From an uncultured virus (IMG/VR IMGVR_UViG_3300028800_000095) (lineage: Duplodnaviria > Heunggongvirae > Uroviricota > Caudoviricetes): a stretch of DNA of 64,000 nt. Below are positions 36,597 to 45,441 of this stretch, piece after piece. The position numbers and the translations under genes were made by a program. The stretch is from the IMG/VR virus record IMGVR_UViG_3300028800_000095; one strand, written 5' to 3'. The first letter of the stretch is position 1, and the number at the start of each line of letters is the position of its first letter. The notes under the pieces were generated by a model that was given only the letters and a program-made list of their open reading frames with translations, was not told where the DNA came from and ran no database searches.

Positions 36597-36918
36597 GGAT
36601 TTCGATCTCCACGTCTTCGATAGAGTCAGGGTTAAGCAGGACCGGAGCTGGCGAGAGGAAACTTAGCACCCAGCGCCAGCCTAGGAATCCGATGCGACGC
36701 TTAGGGCCAGGCGGGTGGCTTGCGGAAACGAGTGCGACACCGTCGTTGATGCGGAAGGAATTGCGTAACGCTTCGTTGTACCGCACGTTAAGGACGGCCA
36801 TTTCCTCGGGTGTGCACTCCCGAAGCTCACCGGTATGCTCGTCATGCTTCCACGCCTTAGCCTTACCGATGGTCGAGTGCGTGTACCGGTCGCTAAGGTC
36901 GGTATGCTCGTTACCCAT
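36562..36918 (-). CDS. Hypothetical protein resembling a capsid-protein fragment
   Basis: DGVALVSASHP and LNPDSIEDVEIEIRD resemble capsid DGVSLINVAHP and LSQTSLEQQLVQIRN. Confidence 0.55.
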   Translation of the reverse strand: MGNEHTDLSDRYTHSTIGKAKAWKHDEHTGELRECTPEEMAVLNVRYNEALRNSFRINDGVALVSASHPPGPKRRIGFLGWRWVLSFLSPAPVLLNPDSIEDVEIEIRDPIDHRDPHH

Positions 36919-36966
36919 TACGGCTCTGCCGTGCTAACCAGTCTCGGTAGGTATCGTAGGTCCAGG

Positions 36967-37539
36967 TCACGTCCGGGCTCCTTGCTTCTTAGGTTCGGGG
37001 TCAGGCTTCGGTGTAACGAGTGCGAGAATGCTATCGATGATGCTGTTACGGTCCTCTACCTTTACGCCGATAGCCCCACCGTCCTTGCCGGTATGCTCGT
37101 TATGGCTTCTCGTCTTCCACTCCTCCTTGCGACGGTTCTCTAACCAGTAGCGTTGGGCGGGAAACTGCCCGAGCGCCTTCTTCTTAACGGTCAGCACGGT
37201 CGGGTCACGCCCACCGACAGCCTGCTCCTCCTCAAATTCGTAGCCTACGGCAGTGCGGTACATCGCATAGAGCACGTCGCCATCCGGCTTAGACCTGCCT
37301 TCGGCTAGGGCGGCATCGAGACTTGGGTAGAGCTTGCGCCACTTGCCTAGAGTGCCAGGCGGTAGCAGGCAGATTTGTTCGATCTCGGAGTCAGTCGCGC
37401 CCTTGCAGGCGAGCATACGCACCAGGTTCTCCTCGGATGGCAGGTATACGCCTGACGGCGTTCCTAGCTTGCTGGATGGCTTCGTAGGCGGTGGCGAGTG
37501 GACCCGCTTCGTATGCTTGCGCGCATTCCGGTATGCCAT
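36967..37539 (-). CDS. terS: Terminase small subunit (HTH-type)
   Basis: LA..GATD.EI...TL.KWRK.YP....AL.EG, A.GY, A..YWL.NR...W pattern; AAGGAG SD; first large gene of the late strand. Confidence 0.75.
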   Translation of the reverse strand: MAYRNARKHTKRVHSPPPTKPSSKLGTPSGVYLPSEENLVRMLACKGATDSEIEQICLLPPGTLGKWRKLYPSLDAALAEGRSKPDGDVLYAMYRTAVGYEFEEEQAVGGRDPTVLTVKKKALGQFPAQRYWLENRRKEEWKTRSHNEHTGKDGGAIGVKVEDRNSIIDSILALVTPKPDPEPKKQGART

Positions 37540-37805
37540 CTAACAGTCTCCTTGCGGGTGCAGGTAGGAGCGCGGCGAAAGGCTAGCGCGTTCCTAGCCT
37601 GACTGCATCGAAGCATGTATAACCGCGTCTCCTACCGTAGGGGGTAAGGGCGGTAACGCACGGTGCAGTACCTACGAAGGAGACTAATCCCGCTAACCAC
37701 ATGCGCCGTGCGTCGCCGCGAAGCGAACCTTAGCAGCACTACGACAACGATGTCGAATCGCACGCACACTCGGTGGCTAGCGTTCTCTGGGTGTACGGCT
37801 GCGCG

Positions 37806-38045
37806 TTAGTCTGCAATCGTAGTGCGAACGGTGTCAGTTCCTAACTCTTGGGAGTGCGTCTCTGCCGTGTCTTCGAATCCTTTGCCAGGCACGTAACCTC
37901 CAGCCGTTCGCGCATAGCCATGCGATAGCAGCCAATTCTTCGCGGTCTCGCTACCGGCCTTGCGTCCCATATCTGCGATCTCGCGCAGACACTGAACCGC
38001 ATACGCCAGCATTTCCGTATCCGTTACTTTTAACTGGGTTGGCAT
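37806..38045 (-). CDS. Hypothetical protein
   Basis: 79 aa, AGGAG SD. Confidence 0.55.
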   Translation of the reverse strand: MPTQLKVTDTEMLAYAVQCLREIADMGRKAGSETAKNWLLSHGYARTAGGYVPGKGFEDTAETHSQELGTDTVRTTIAD

Positions 38046-38054
38046 TCTCTACTC

Positions 38055-38243
38055 CTAACCTAAACTCTTATCCCAAGAGGGATCGGAACCATGCGGCTCT
38101 GCCGTATGAGTTGTATTTCTCTTTTGCAGTTCGCGCAAGATTGCTAGCAACAGGTGCGCTTCGACTGACTGGGATTTTAAGTACCCTCCCTTTTCGTCGG
38201 TCGCACGTACCCAACCGAAGGTGTCGATGGTAAATGTGTGCAT
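38055..38243 (-). CDS. Hypothetical protein
   Basis: 62 aa, AAGGAG SD. Confidence 0.55.
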   Translation of the reverse strand: MHTFTIDTFGWVRATDEKGGYLKSQSVEAHLLLAILRELQKRNTTHTAEPHGSDPSWDKSLG

Positions 38244-38309
38244 TTTCTACTCCTTGATGACAACGGAAACTGGTTACCCGTAGTATAGCAGAATTTCCCT
38301 GGGCCAAGG

Positions 38310-38760
38310 AGAGACATTCACATAATCCCCTGAAATAAATGAAATAATGAGAAATATATAAATATACTGATTATGTTAACTAAACCATTGCTTTCCCCGG
38401 AAATCAGGTAATTGGATACGTTGGATACAGTTATTACCAACAAAATACGCTGCTAACTCCTTAATTCTATTACTCTTCTTCTTCTCTATAGGATAATTGG
38501 ACATCGCATTGCATTAATTAAGATATACGCGTATAGGGGGAACTCCTCTTTCATTGCACTATTCCCTGGTTTATGCTAATCAGCTCCTCTCTCCTCCTCT
38601 CCTCTACCCGCCGAATATCCAACGCCCTGTTTTCGCACTATTCTCCTTATATTTCCGTAACTTACGTCTGGAAAATCGCGAAATAACTGGACCACACGCT
38701 TGCTAAAATTCCTTTCAAATCCTATACTTGCGCGTGGTGCCCCTTCCCTAGATGATGGAT
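38310..38760. promoter_or_regulatory. AT-rich non-coding region between the divergent late and early arms (origin/promoters/terminus candidate)
   Basis: Abrupt drop in GC, no ORFs, TTGGATAC tandem at about 38412-38428, CT-rich tract at about 38584-38605. Confidence 0.55.
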
Positions 38761-38765
38761 AAACC

Positions 38766-38969
38766 GTGAAAAAACGACCCGTAAACTTGACAAAACGTGC
38801 CGAATCGGTCGCCCGAATCCAGGCGCATAGGCTCCGCGCGTTGCGCTATGCGAGCCCGAAAATCCACCCCGTAACTCTTAAACCTCTTGCGAAATTTACC
38901 CTAGAGGATTTCCCCCTAGACGAGACCCTTGACTCACCGCACAAACCGCTGTCCCCTAAAAACGACTAA
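38766..38969 (+). CDS. Hypothetical basic protein
   Basis: 67 aa, GTG start, weak SD. Confidence 0.35.
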   Translation: MKKRPVNLTKRAESVARIQAHRLRALRYASPKIHPVTLKPLAKFTLEDFPLDETLDSPHKPLSPKND

Positions 38970-39263
38970 TCCCTGACGCATCGCAGCATGATTAAGTTAA
39001 ATAGCGTCGGGGAATGCTACCCTAGCGGGTACCTCGCAAGTCTGCCGTAATCGCCTCTAATGCGCTCCTATCGCATTCCCCTTTTCGGCCTCGGATCGAT
39101 CCCCTGCGAACCTTCTCGCCTAGATAAGGAGTAACCTGATTGTGCATCGCCGCGAAAATAAATTCAAAATTCGCACTGCACAAATCAGCACGGCCTGAAA
39201 TTCCTGCTAGCATAGGCAGCAAGTAGGGTCAATACCGAGCCTACTACTAAGGAGACTAAGCAA

Positions 39264-39635
39264 ATGAAAACCTCTACCTCTTCTGCCCCGGTCGGAACCG
39301 CCGTCGCCGTTATCGCAAACGCGAAACCCGGCAAGGCCCCCCGCAAGCTCGTTGCAAAAGCCGCAAAGAAGACCGTCGCGAAGGTCGCGAAGAAGGAGAC
39401 TGTCAAGACCCCGACTAACGGCAAGCCGTTAAAGGTCTTCTGCGGCGACTACGGCCTTTCCCCGAAGCGCGCCCGCGTATTGCTGCGCAAGGCCTGGCGC
39501 GCCGATGCCGGGCTCCTGCACTCGCTTCGCAATCGTTGGGTTTTCTCCGCCGCCCAGGAGCGGCTGGCCCGCACCGTCTTTAAGGCGCACCAGGTCAGCC
39601 CCGCAATCGCGAACGAGAGCGACGACGAAGAGTAA
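39264..39635 (+). CDS. Lys/Ala-rich (histone-H1-like) protein with a C-terminal HTH-like domain
   Basis: TAAGGAG SD, AKAAKKTVAKVAKK, followed by a terminator. Confidence 0.75.
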   Translation: MKTSTSSAPVGTAVAVIANAKPGKAPRKLVAKAAKKTVAKVAKKETVKTPTNGKPLKVFCGDYGLSPKRARVLLRKAWRADAGLLHSLRNRWVFSAAQERLARTVFKAHQVSPAIANESDDEE

Positions 39636-39657
39636 TCCGCCCCGCAGTGCAGCAAAC

Positions 39658-39685
39658 GAGGCCCCCTAACCCGGGGCCTCTTCTT
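39658..39685 (+). terminator. Intrinsic terminator
   Basis: GAGGCCCC-CTAACCC-GGGGCCTC-TTCTT. Confidence 0.75.
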
Positions 39686-39760
39686 GTGCGCACTCCTCGC
39701 AAGCATCCCGCCTATCGACTACCCTAGGGACTGCCCCCCTAACCTCTTAAGGAGCCCGCT

Positions 39761-39985
39761 ATGCGCCGCAAGCCCGACCCTCTACCCGAACCCTTTGCGC
39801 ATCCCTCCCGCGTGCGGTCTGCTCCGGCAACGCGAGGACCTATGCCTAGCCGCACCGAAGCAGCCGCCCTGCGAATCGTTATCGCCTACCTGCGCAAATG
39901 CGAGCGGGTGCAAAGAGATTCCGGAGGCCTGCGCTGCATCCCTACCCTGCGCAGAAAGCTTGCCCTAACTTTCCCGGAGACCTAA
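39761..39985 (+). CDS. Hypothetical early protein
   Basis: TAAGGAG SD, 74 aa. Confidence 0.55.
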   Translation: MRRKPDPLPEPFAHPSRVRSAPATRGPMPSRTEAAALRIVIAYLRKCERVQRDSGGLRCIPTLRRKLALTFPET

Positions 39986-40363
39986 ATGACAATCCTATCC
40001 GTGACACTGACCGATGGCACTGTGCTGTCAATCGACGAAGACGAGTACTGGAATGTGCGCAGCCGATTCCAACGTAAGATGCAGGCTCACACCTTTATGC
40101 GTGTCGGGGATTTCCATATCGCAATAGGGGACAGCGACCTCGCTGTATACGAACAAGCCACACCCGAGATCCCGCCGGTGTGGACTACGCCGGAAATGCT
40201 TCGTGATCGCGTCCACTTCCAAATGCCCGCTATCGAAAAGGCGCTGTGGAAATTCCATGCCCACCCGTTTGCTGCACGGATCGCCCAAGCAGTCCTACAT
40301 GAAATCAGCGAGTGGGATAAGTCTCTTGACAACGAGATTAAGGAACGGGCCAAGACCTCTTAA
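39986..40363 (+). CDS. Hypothetical early protein
   Basis: GGAG SD, 125 aa. Confidence 0.65.
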   Translation: MTILSVTLTDGTVLSIDEDEYWNVRSRFQRKMQAHTFMRVGDFHIAIGDSDLAVYEQATPEIPPVWTTPEMLRDRVHFQMPAIEKALWKFHAHPFAARIAQAVLHEISEWDKSLDNEIKERAKTS

Positions 40364-40457
40364 TACGCACGCGCGTACCCGCTCCCTGACTCCTATCGCA
40401 ATGCAGCATAGCGGCAAGGCGCATACTCTAATCCCCGCTACCTAAAGGAGACTACCA

Positions 40458-41171
40458 GTGGAAGCTAACGACCGAATCATAGAGCGAATCCGCAAGATGC
40501 TCGCCCTGGCTAACGACGCGGGAGCGACCGAGGGGGAGCGTGACAACGCACTCCGGGCCGCCCATGCGACGTTAGCGAAGTACAATCTCGATATGGCCGA
40601 AGTCGAGCAACACAAGACAGCGAAGCAGAAACAGGCCGAAGGCGAACCGCGCACGGTGCACAACGCACAGTTCTTTGGCAGGCCGTGGGCACGCGCCGCT
40701 ATAATGGCGGTAGCGAAGCTCTGCTTTTGCTCCTATGTGTACGGAGCGGCTACGAACGCGAAGCTAACCAAGCACTACTTCGTAGGCCGGTACTCTAATA
40801 GCGTCACTGCCTCTCTGCTATCCGAGTACGTGGTTAACTCGATTAACAGAGAAGGGCGCACCCGCCAACGCCGGGAGGGCAGACTAAATCCTTGGTTTAT
40901 CTCCTTCGCATGGGGGGCAGCGGTAGCGATCACGCAACGTGTCGAGCAGCTACTGCGCGACGGCAGCCAAGAACTTAATCGGGGAGCCGGTACCGATCTT
41001 GTCCTCGCTTCCCTCTACGATACGGAAGCGCGTGCTAATGCCCTGGTTGTGCAAGAGCGATGGCCTAAGCTACGCACGGGCCTTAAGGGCAAGGGCATCC
41101 ACGACCTGGACGGCTACTCTAACGGCCAAGCATTCGGAACTACCATTAACTTGGATAGGAGTCTCTCATGA
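40458..41171 (+). CDS. DUF2786-domain protein
   Basis: IIERIRKMLALA...ATEGE..NA...A...LAKYNL N-terminus; SF..G and GY..G near the C-terminus. Confidence 0.8.
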   Translation: MEANDRIIERIRKMLALANDAGATEGERDNALRAAHATLAKYNLDMAEVEQHKTAKQKQAEGEPRTVHNAQFFGRPWARAAIMAVAKLCFCSYVYGAATNAKLTKHYFVGRYSNSVTASLLSEYVVNSINREGRTRQRREGRLNPWFISFAWGAAVAITQRVEQLLRDGSQELNRGAGTDLVLASLYDTEARANALVVQERWPKLRTGLKGKGIHDLDGYSNGQAFGTTINLDRSLS

Positions 41172-41272
41172 TACTCGCAATCATCGCAGGACTTGTCATC
41201 GGCTTCTTCGTTGGCAAGATCCTAAACGCCCCGGAGCCTGACTTCTCGGAGACATTAAATGAGCACTGGTAA
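41168..41272 (+). CDS. Small single-TM peptide
   Basis: MILAIIAGLVIGFFVGKILN...; ATGA overlap and AGGAG SD; not in the track. Confidence 0.5.
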   Translation: MILAIIAGLVIGFFVGKILNAPEPDFSETLNEHW

Positions 41273-41564
41273 ACTGCTCCTCGTCTATCCGAGCGGCGCT
41301 TCCATCGAGGAGGTTGTCACGGATAAGAAGGGACCGTCCCTGGAAACCTTACAGCGAGTGGTTGGTGGTTATATCGAGCGGATCAAAGTCCGGTATAACG
41401 ACCGCACGCGCGATGCCTACGTCAACGAGGATGGCATAGCTAGGAACCTGCCCTATAACGGCATAGCGAGCCGCATGACAAACGGGACTATCTTCGCAGG
41501 CGCTAACATCATAGGCGTCTGCGCTGTCTGGATCCCCGACCCGAAACGAAAGGAGAAGATGTAA
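41259..41564 (+). CDS. DUF3846-like protein
   Basis: LETLQRVVGGYIE, YVNEDG and LPYN..AS. Confidence 0.75.
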   Translation: MSTGKLLLVYPSGASIEEVVTDKKGPSLETLQRVVGGYIERIKVRYNDRTRDAYVNEDGIARNLPYNGIASRMTNGTIFAGANIIGVCAVWIPDPKRKEKM

Positions 41565-41962
41565 TGGATAAGCAAGAGATCTTTAACAAGGTCGCCGTAC
41601 ACCTCTTAACCCAAAAGGCGCAAGCGGGTAGAAAAGAGGGGGATGCACCCTTTGCCTGTCTCTACCGTGCCCCCGATGGTAAGAAGTGCGCAGCCGGTTG
41701 CCTAATCACCGACGAAGCCTACATCCCGTATCTAGAGCAGAAGACCGTGACTTCTGAGGTCGTTACGAGGGCTCTGATAAAGTCCGGTGTATTTCCGGAT
41801 CTCTCTACCAGGGAGTACCGAGACCGGCGTGATATGCTAGCGCACTTGCAGAGCATTCACGACGGGACTCTGGTCTCGAATTGGAAGAACGCTCTTCTGA
41901 ATATCGGGGAGTTAAACGGCCTCGACACCTCGGTGGTAAAGGAGTTCCATGACTGGCCCTAA
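41564..41962 (+). CDS. Phage hypothetical protein (CLYR..G.KCA.GCLI, LQ..HD)
   Basis: Recurrent phage motif; AAGGAG SD. Confidence 0.7.
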   Translation: MDKQEIFNKVAVHLLTQKAQAGRKEGDAPFACLYRAPDGKKCAAGCLITDEAYIPYLEQKTVTSEVVTRALIKSGVFPDLSTREYRDRRDMLAHLQSIHDGTLVSNWKNALLNIGELNGLDTSVVKEFHDWP

Positions 41963-42197
41963 AAAAGGAACGAGGGAGTACGTACTCTCTTTCTGTGTCA
42001 TCGAGAGCGCTGGTGCAGAGGAGGGTGACGAGCTAACTCCTAAAGCGGGATATGTTCTACTGTACGGAGGCGAGCATGTCACCGCTCTATACCCGAAACA
42101 GCGAATGGTCTTTTGCGGAGTCGATGGAAACGACGATGGTGCCTATAAGGAGAACGTCGTTTGGTCTAAGTTTCAAGTCTTTAAGGAGGTAGAATGA
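41949..42197 (+). CDS. Hypothetical protein
   Basis: AAGGAG SD, 82 aa. Confidence 0.6.
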   Translation: MTGPKKGTREYVLSFCVIESAGAEEGDELTPKAGYVLLYGGEHVTALYPKQRMVFCGVDGNDDGAYKENVVWSKFQVFKEVE

Positions 42198-42487
42198 AAG
42201 CAGCGACTATAACACAACACGAGGGACTTACTGTGTTCGCAGGCACCGAGGCGGTCGAAGTCTTCCGCCTTACCGCCCTCGTTAGCGCCCTACGCCTAGA
42301 GCAGGGGGGCCTACGCCTATCCCGCAGGGTATCCGCCCTTAAGATTGCTAAGGGGGTTACGGGGAACCGTAGCAACGACCGAGGGAAGCAAATCCTGCTA
42401 CTTGAAATCCTGATCGACGAGGCGAAACGGAAGGTGACCTATGACGCAGGTCCCGTCCTTGTCCCGGGTCCGGAGACCATCCAATGA
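42194..42487 (+). CDS. Hypothetical protein
   Basis: TAAGGAGGT SD, ATGA overlap. Confidence 0.65.
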   Translation: MKAATITQHEGLTVFAGTEAVEVFRLTALVSALRLEQGGLRLSRRVSALKIAKGVTGNRSNDRGKQILLLEILIDEAKRKVTYDAGPVLVPGPETIQ

Positions 42488-42771
42488 GTTGTTTTTCCCG
42501 CCCTGAACCCGAACTGACCGAAGACGAGGAGCGCGCCAAGAGCTGGGCTGACCTTAAAGAGCGGCTGAAAACTGAACCGCCGAAAAAGACCACGTATGAC
42601 CTTTACTGGGTTGATGACGAGGGGGATATGGTCTGCCGTCATTGCCGGGCCTCCTATAACTTCGGCCACTTCCCAGGTTGTCTCTACGATGCGGACTGGC
42701 AGACTGATAGGCGCACTGTCGAACTAAAGAAGCGACTAAGAGCCCTAGGAGATACTGCATGGCCTACGTAG
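42484..42771 (+). CDS. Hypothetical Zn-finger protein (CxxC...H..C)
   Basis: CRHC and HFPGC; coupled to the upstream gene. Confidence 0.6.
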   Translation: MSCFSRPEPELTEDEERAKSWADLKERLKTEPPKKTTYDLYWVDDEGDMVCRHCRASYNFGHFPGCLYDADWQTDRRTVELKKRLRALGDTAWPT

Positions 42772-43043
42772 CCCAAAAGGTCCTTGAAGATCTCGTTACA
42801 CGAATCAACCAAGTAACAGGAGAATCTACGCAAGCCTACCTCAGAGATGAATGGGGGGAGCTTCATGCTCAAGAGGGTCATTACCAGTTGCTGTCTGTAA
42901 ACGGGTTCTACTCTTTAGTTAGGCTCCGTAAGGGAGGAGGTGTTCTTACCATCATCGATGGACGACCGAAAAGTCAACTGCTCTCTCTACTTAAGTCTCT
43001 GCTACTTGGAATCGAGATCGGCAAGAGAGTCCCTAATCGGTGA
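42759..43043 (+). CDS. Hypothetical protein
   Basis: AGGAG SD, 94 aa. Confidence 0.6.
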   Translation: MAYVAQKVLEDLVTRINQVTGESTQAYLRDEWGELHAQEGHYQLLSVNGFYSLVRLRKGGGVLTIIDGRPKSQLLSLLKSLLLGIEIGKRVPNR

Positions 43044-43127
43044 GTCTTTCTGAGTTTTGTACTAGCAACGCTGTTTAACTTAATTTAACGTAGTCCCCGT
43101 ACCTACCCTAACGCAAGGAGCATAGAA

Positions 43128-43319
43128 GTGAAGAACGTATCCATGAAAGTCGAGAAGGACATCCTGACCATTACGGTTAAGCTCAAGGAGCGGCACGGCG
43201 TCTCCTCCTCGGGCAAGACCGACATCATCGCGACAACCTCGGGTAACGCCGATGTCGGCGTAGACGGTATCAAGTTCGGCTTGAACGTCTTCGTCAAGCG
43301 TGCGGACGCGGGGAAGTAA
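43128..43319 (+). CDS. Small beta protein (S.SGKT..IATT.GN motif)
   Basis: AAGGAG SD, GTG start, strongly biased codons. Confidence 0.7.
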   Translation: MKNVSMKVEKDILTITVKLKERHGVSSSGKTDIIATTSGNADVGVDGIKFGLNVFVKRADAGK

Positions 43320-43511
43320 ATGCCCGCGCGCATCTGCATCATCGAAGAGTGTGGGCAGAAGCTCTCCGAGAACACAACCAGCGAGATCTGCCGTCAGTGC
43401 CGGTCGGGTTTCTACTACTGGCAGAAGAAGTCCCCGGCACTGATCGGACGGCGTAAGAAGCAGCTGGTCAAGTTGCAGGACCGGTTTGCCAATATGCCGG
43501 GCAAGAGCTGA
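43320..43511 (+). CDS. Small Zn-finger protein
   Basis: C....C and CxxC; basic C-terminus. Confidence 0.6.
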   Translation: MPARICIIEECGQKLSENTTSEICRQCRSGFYYWQKKSPALIGRRKKQLVKLQDRFANMPGKS

Positions 43512-43579
43512 AATCCAGCCGGTTGGGGATTGCCCGCGCAGTCCTCTTCCGGGTGCATTTCGCACCACAGGAGACTAAG

Positions 43580-43810
43580 ATGCCGTTGACAAAGCACGAG
43601 GCGAAGAAGGTGCTGATTGTTGCCCGCAAGGTGCAGGATGCGGTCGATGAGGCGATGGAGGTTCTGACCCCCGAGGAGCGCTTGCACGCTGAAGCGACGT
43701 GGGCCTCCCAACTGCGGAGCCTGACCGTGCAGCGCGTCGAGGGAGATGACTCCCCGTTCGCCCTGCCGGTGATGGAAGCCGAGCTGATCCTGGATAGCGG
43801 CGCCGGTTGA
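43580..43810 (+). CDS. Hypothetical protein
   Basis: Start reassigned to MPLTKH (AGGAGACTA SD). Confidence 0.65.
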   Translation: MPLTKHEAKKVLIVARKVQDAVDEAMEVLTPEERLHAEATWASQLRSLTVQRVEGDDSPFALPVMEAELILDSGAG

Positions 43811-43882
43811 CTGGTATTGCTACCCTTTAGCCTATTCCCGCGAGTAGGCTATCGGGTGCAATCCCGCACCGAGGAGACTACC

Positions 43883-44296
43883 ATGACCATTAGCACTCCC
43901 AAGAACTGGATTGGCGACGAAGGCCGCAGGAACCGCGTTCACGCGCTGCTTTACGCCAATATCATTACTCGGGCCTACGGGGCTACCTTCGAACTCTTCG
44001 TCGGGCATCACGTTGCCTTTAAGGCGAAGCACGACAACCTGACCACCGAGAACGAGATCCCCTCGGCTGACACTCTGCTCTTCGATCACGAGATCATGCG
44101 CGAGTTGTTCGGGAATCAGGCGATCCCGGTGATGCAGCAACTCGCCGCGGTGCCATGCAACGCACGTGAGCAACTGCTCGAATCAATGCTCTCGACTCCG
44201 GACGTGCTCTGTCCGTATCGGATCGCAGCCCACCTCGCGTCGCTCGAAGAGCGCAGTGAGGATTGGGGGCAGATCGAACGTCAGGTAAGGCGGTAG
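43883..44296 (+). CDS. Hypothetical protein
   Basis: Start reassigned to MTISTP (GAGGAGACTA SD). Confidence 0.65.
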   Translation: MTISTPKNWIGDEGRRNRVHALLYANIITRAYGATFELFVGHHVAFKAKHDNLTTENEIPSADTLLFDHEIMRELFGNQAIPVMQQLAAVPCNAREQLLESMLSTPDVLCPYRIAAHLASLEERSEDWGQIERQVRR

Positions 44297-44302
44297 TCCC
44301 TT

Positions 44303-44337
44303 AGGCGGGGGCCGGTTAACTCTGGCCTCCGCTTTTA
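44303..44337 (+). terminator. Intrinsic terminator
   Basis: AGGCGGGGGCCGG-TTAACT-CTGGCCTCCGC-TTTT. Confidence 0.7.
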
Positions 44338-44352
44338 CCAAGGAGAATCCCT

Positions 44353-44436
44353 ATGAGAAGCTTTATCCTCTGCTGGGTGCTCGTAAGACTTGTCATCGCG
44401 ATTTTCGCTGTCCTAATCCTTTCACCTCTTATCTAA
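44353..44436 (+). CDS. 27-aa hydrophobic peptide
   Basis: AAGGAG SD; MRSFILCWVLVRLVIAIFAVLILSPLI. Confidence 0.45.
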   Translation: MRSFILCWVLVRLVIAIFAVLILSPLI

Positions 44437-44448
44437 GGAGACTCTACC

Positions 44449-44766
44449 ATGAATAAACGTCTACGTGATCGTTGGATTGCCGCTCTACGGAGCGGAAAGT
44501 ACAAGCAGGGCAACGGGGCCTTAAAGTCCAACGACCCTGACGATCCGGAATCGGCCCAGTACTACTTCTGCTGTCTCGGTGTTCTACGGGAGATCGACCC
44601 GAAGATCAAACCGAGACCAGGAGCGAGGAACAGCTACTTGGACGAGAAGAGTAGCGGTATTTCCAAGGAGACCCAACTTTTCTTGGCTCAAATGAACGAT
44701 GGGAGCGATGGTCAAAAGGAACGAGGGTTCCGAGGGATCGCCCAGTGGATAGAGCGTAACCTCTAA
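44449..44766 (+). CDS. Phage hypothetical protein (W..ALRSG.Y.QG...CCLGV)
   Basis: Recurrent phage motif; TAAGGAG SD. Confidence 0.75.
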   Translation: MNKRLRDRWIAALRSGKYKQGNGALKSNDPDDPESAQYYFCCLGVLREIDPKIKPRPGARNSYLDEKSSGISKETQLFLAQMNDGSDGQKERGFRGIAQWIERNL

Positions 44767-44777
44767 GGAGAAGGACA

Positions 44778-45104
44778 ATGACCGAAGAAGGCAAACAGAA
44801 CCTAAAGGCCGCGTGGACTCCGGAGCGCCGTGCAGCGCAGGCGAAACGGATGCGGGACCGTAGGCGCAAGGCAAAGGGAAAGCCGCTAGGACGGCGTAAG
44901 GGCAAGGCCCGTAGGGCGGTAGCGGCCCCCCGTGCGAAGTCCGCCCGTAAGGGGTCCCTAGGCCCTCAGGCAGAGGCTATCCTTTACCTCGGGCAGGCCT
45001 GCGCCCTCTTGCAGGCCGATTACCGGGAGGGTCGGTCTGTCGGGGACTCCGACCCGCTCGTGTTCCTTGCCTACCGGGCTCTAACGCGGAGAACCCCGTC
45101 GTGA
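44778..45104 (+). CDS. Basic Arg/Lys-rich protein
   Basis: TAAGGAG SD, WTPERRAAQA. Confidence 0.65.
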   Translation: MTEEGKQNLKAAWTPERRAAQAKRMRDRRRKAKGKPLGRRKGKARRAVAAPRAKSARKGSLGPQAEAILYLGQACALLQADYREGRSVGDSDPLVFLAYRALTRRTPS

Positions 45105-45222
45105 GTTGCGAGCATTCCTGGGGGGTCCTCCTTTTAAACATCGCCCTACTAGTCGCCTCGTGGGTCGGATGCTATCTTGCCGGTCGGTCGGACGGTAAGT
45201 ACTACGAACAACGAAGGAGACG

Positions 45223-45441
45223 TTGGTGAGAAAACACGACGATGACTCGACCCGCAAGGAAAGCAAGTATGGGCAGAAGCGCACGAGTGGCAAGATGATG
45301 TATGGCCCCGGTTGCTGTGCGCATACGATCTCTGCGGATCAAGTCCGTAAGGCGAAGGAGGAAGCTCGCCGCAATGGGGCCTACCGGGAGAGCTACCACT
45401 CAAGAATCTACCGTGACTTCGCCTACGGGAGCGCCGATTGA
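45223..45441 (+). CDS. Hypothetical protein
   Basis: AAGGAG SD, 72 aa. Confidence 0.5.
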   Translation: MVRKHDDDSTRKESKYGQKRTSGKMMYGPGCCAHTISADQVRKAKEEARRNGAYRESYHSRIYRDFAYGSAD

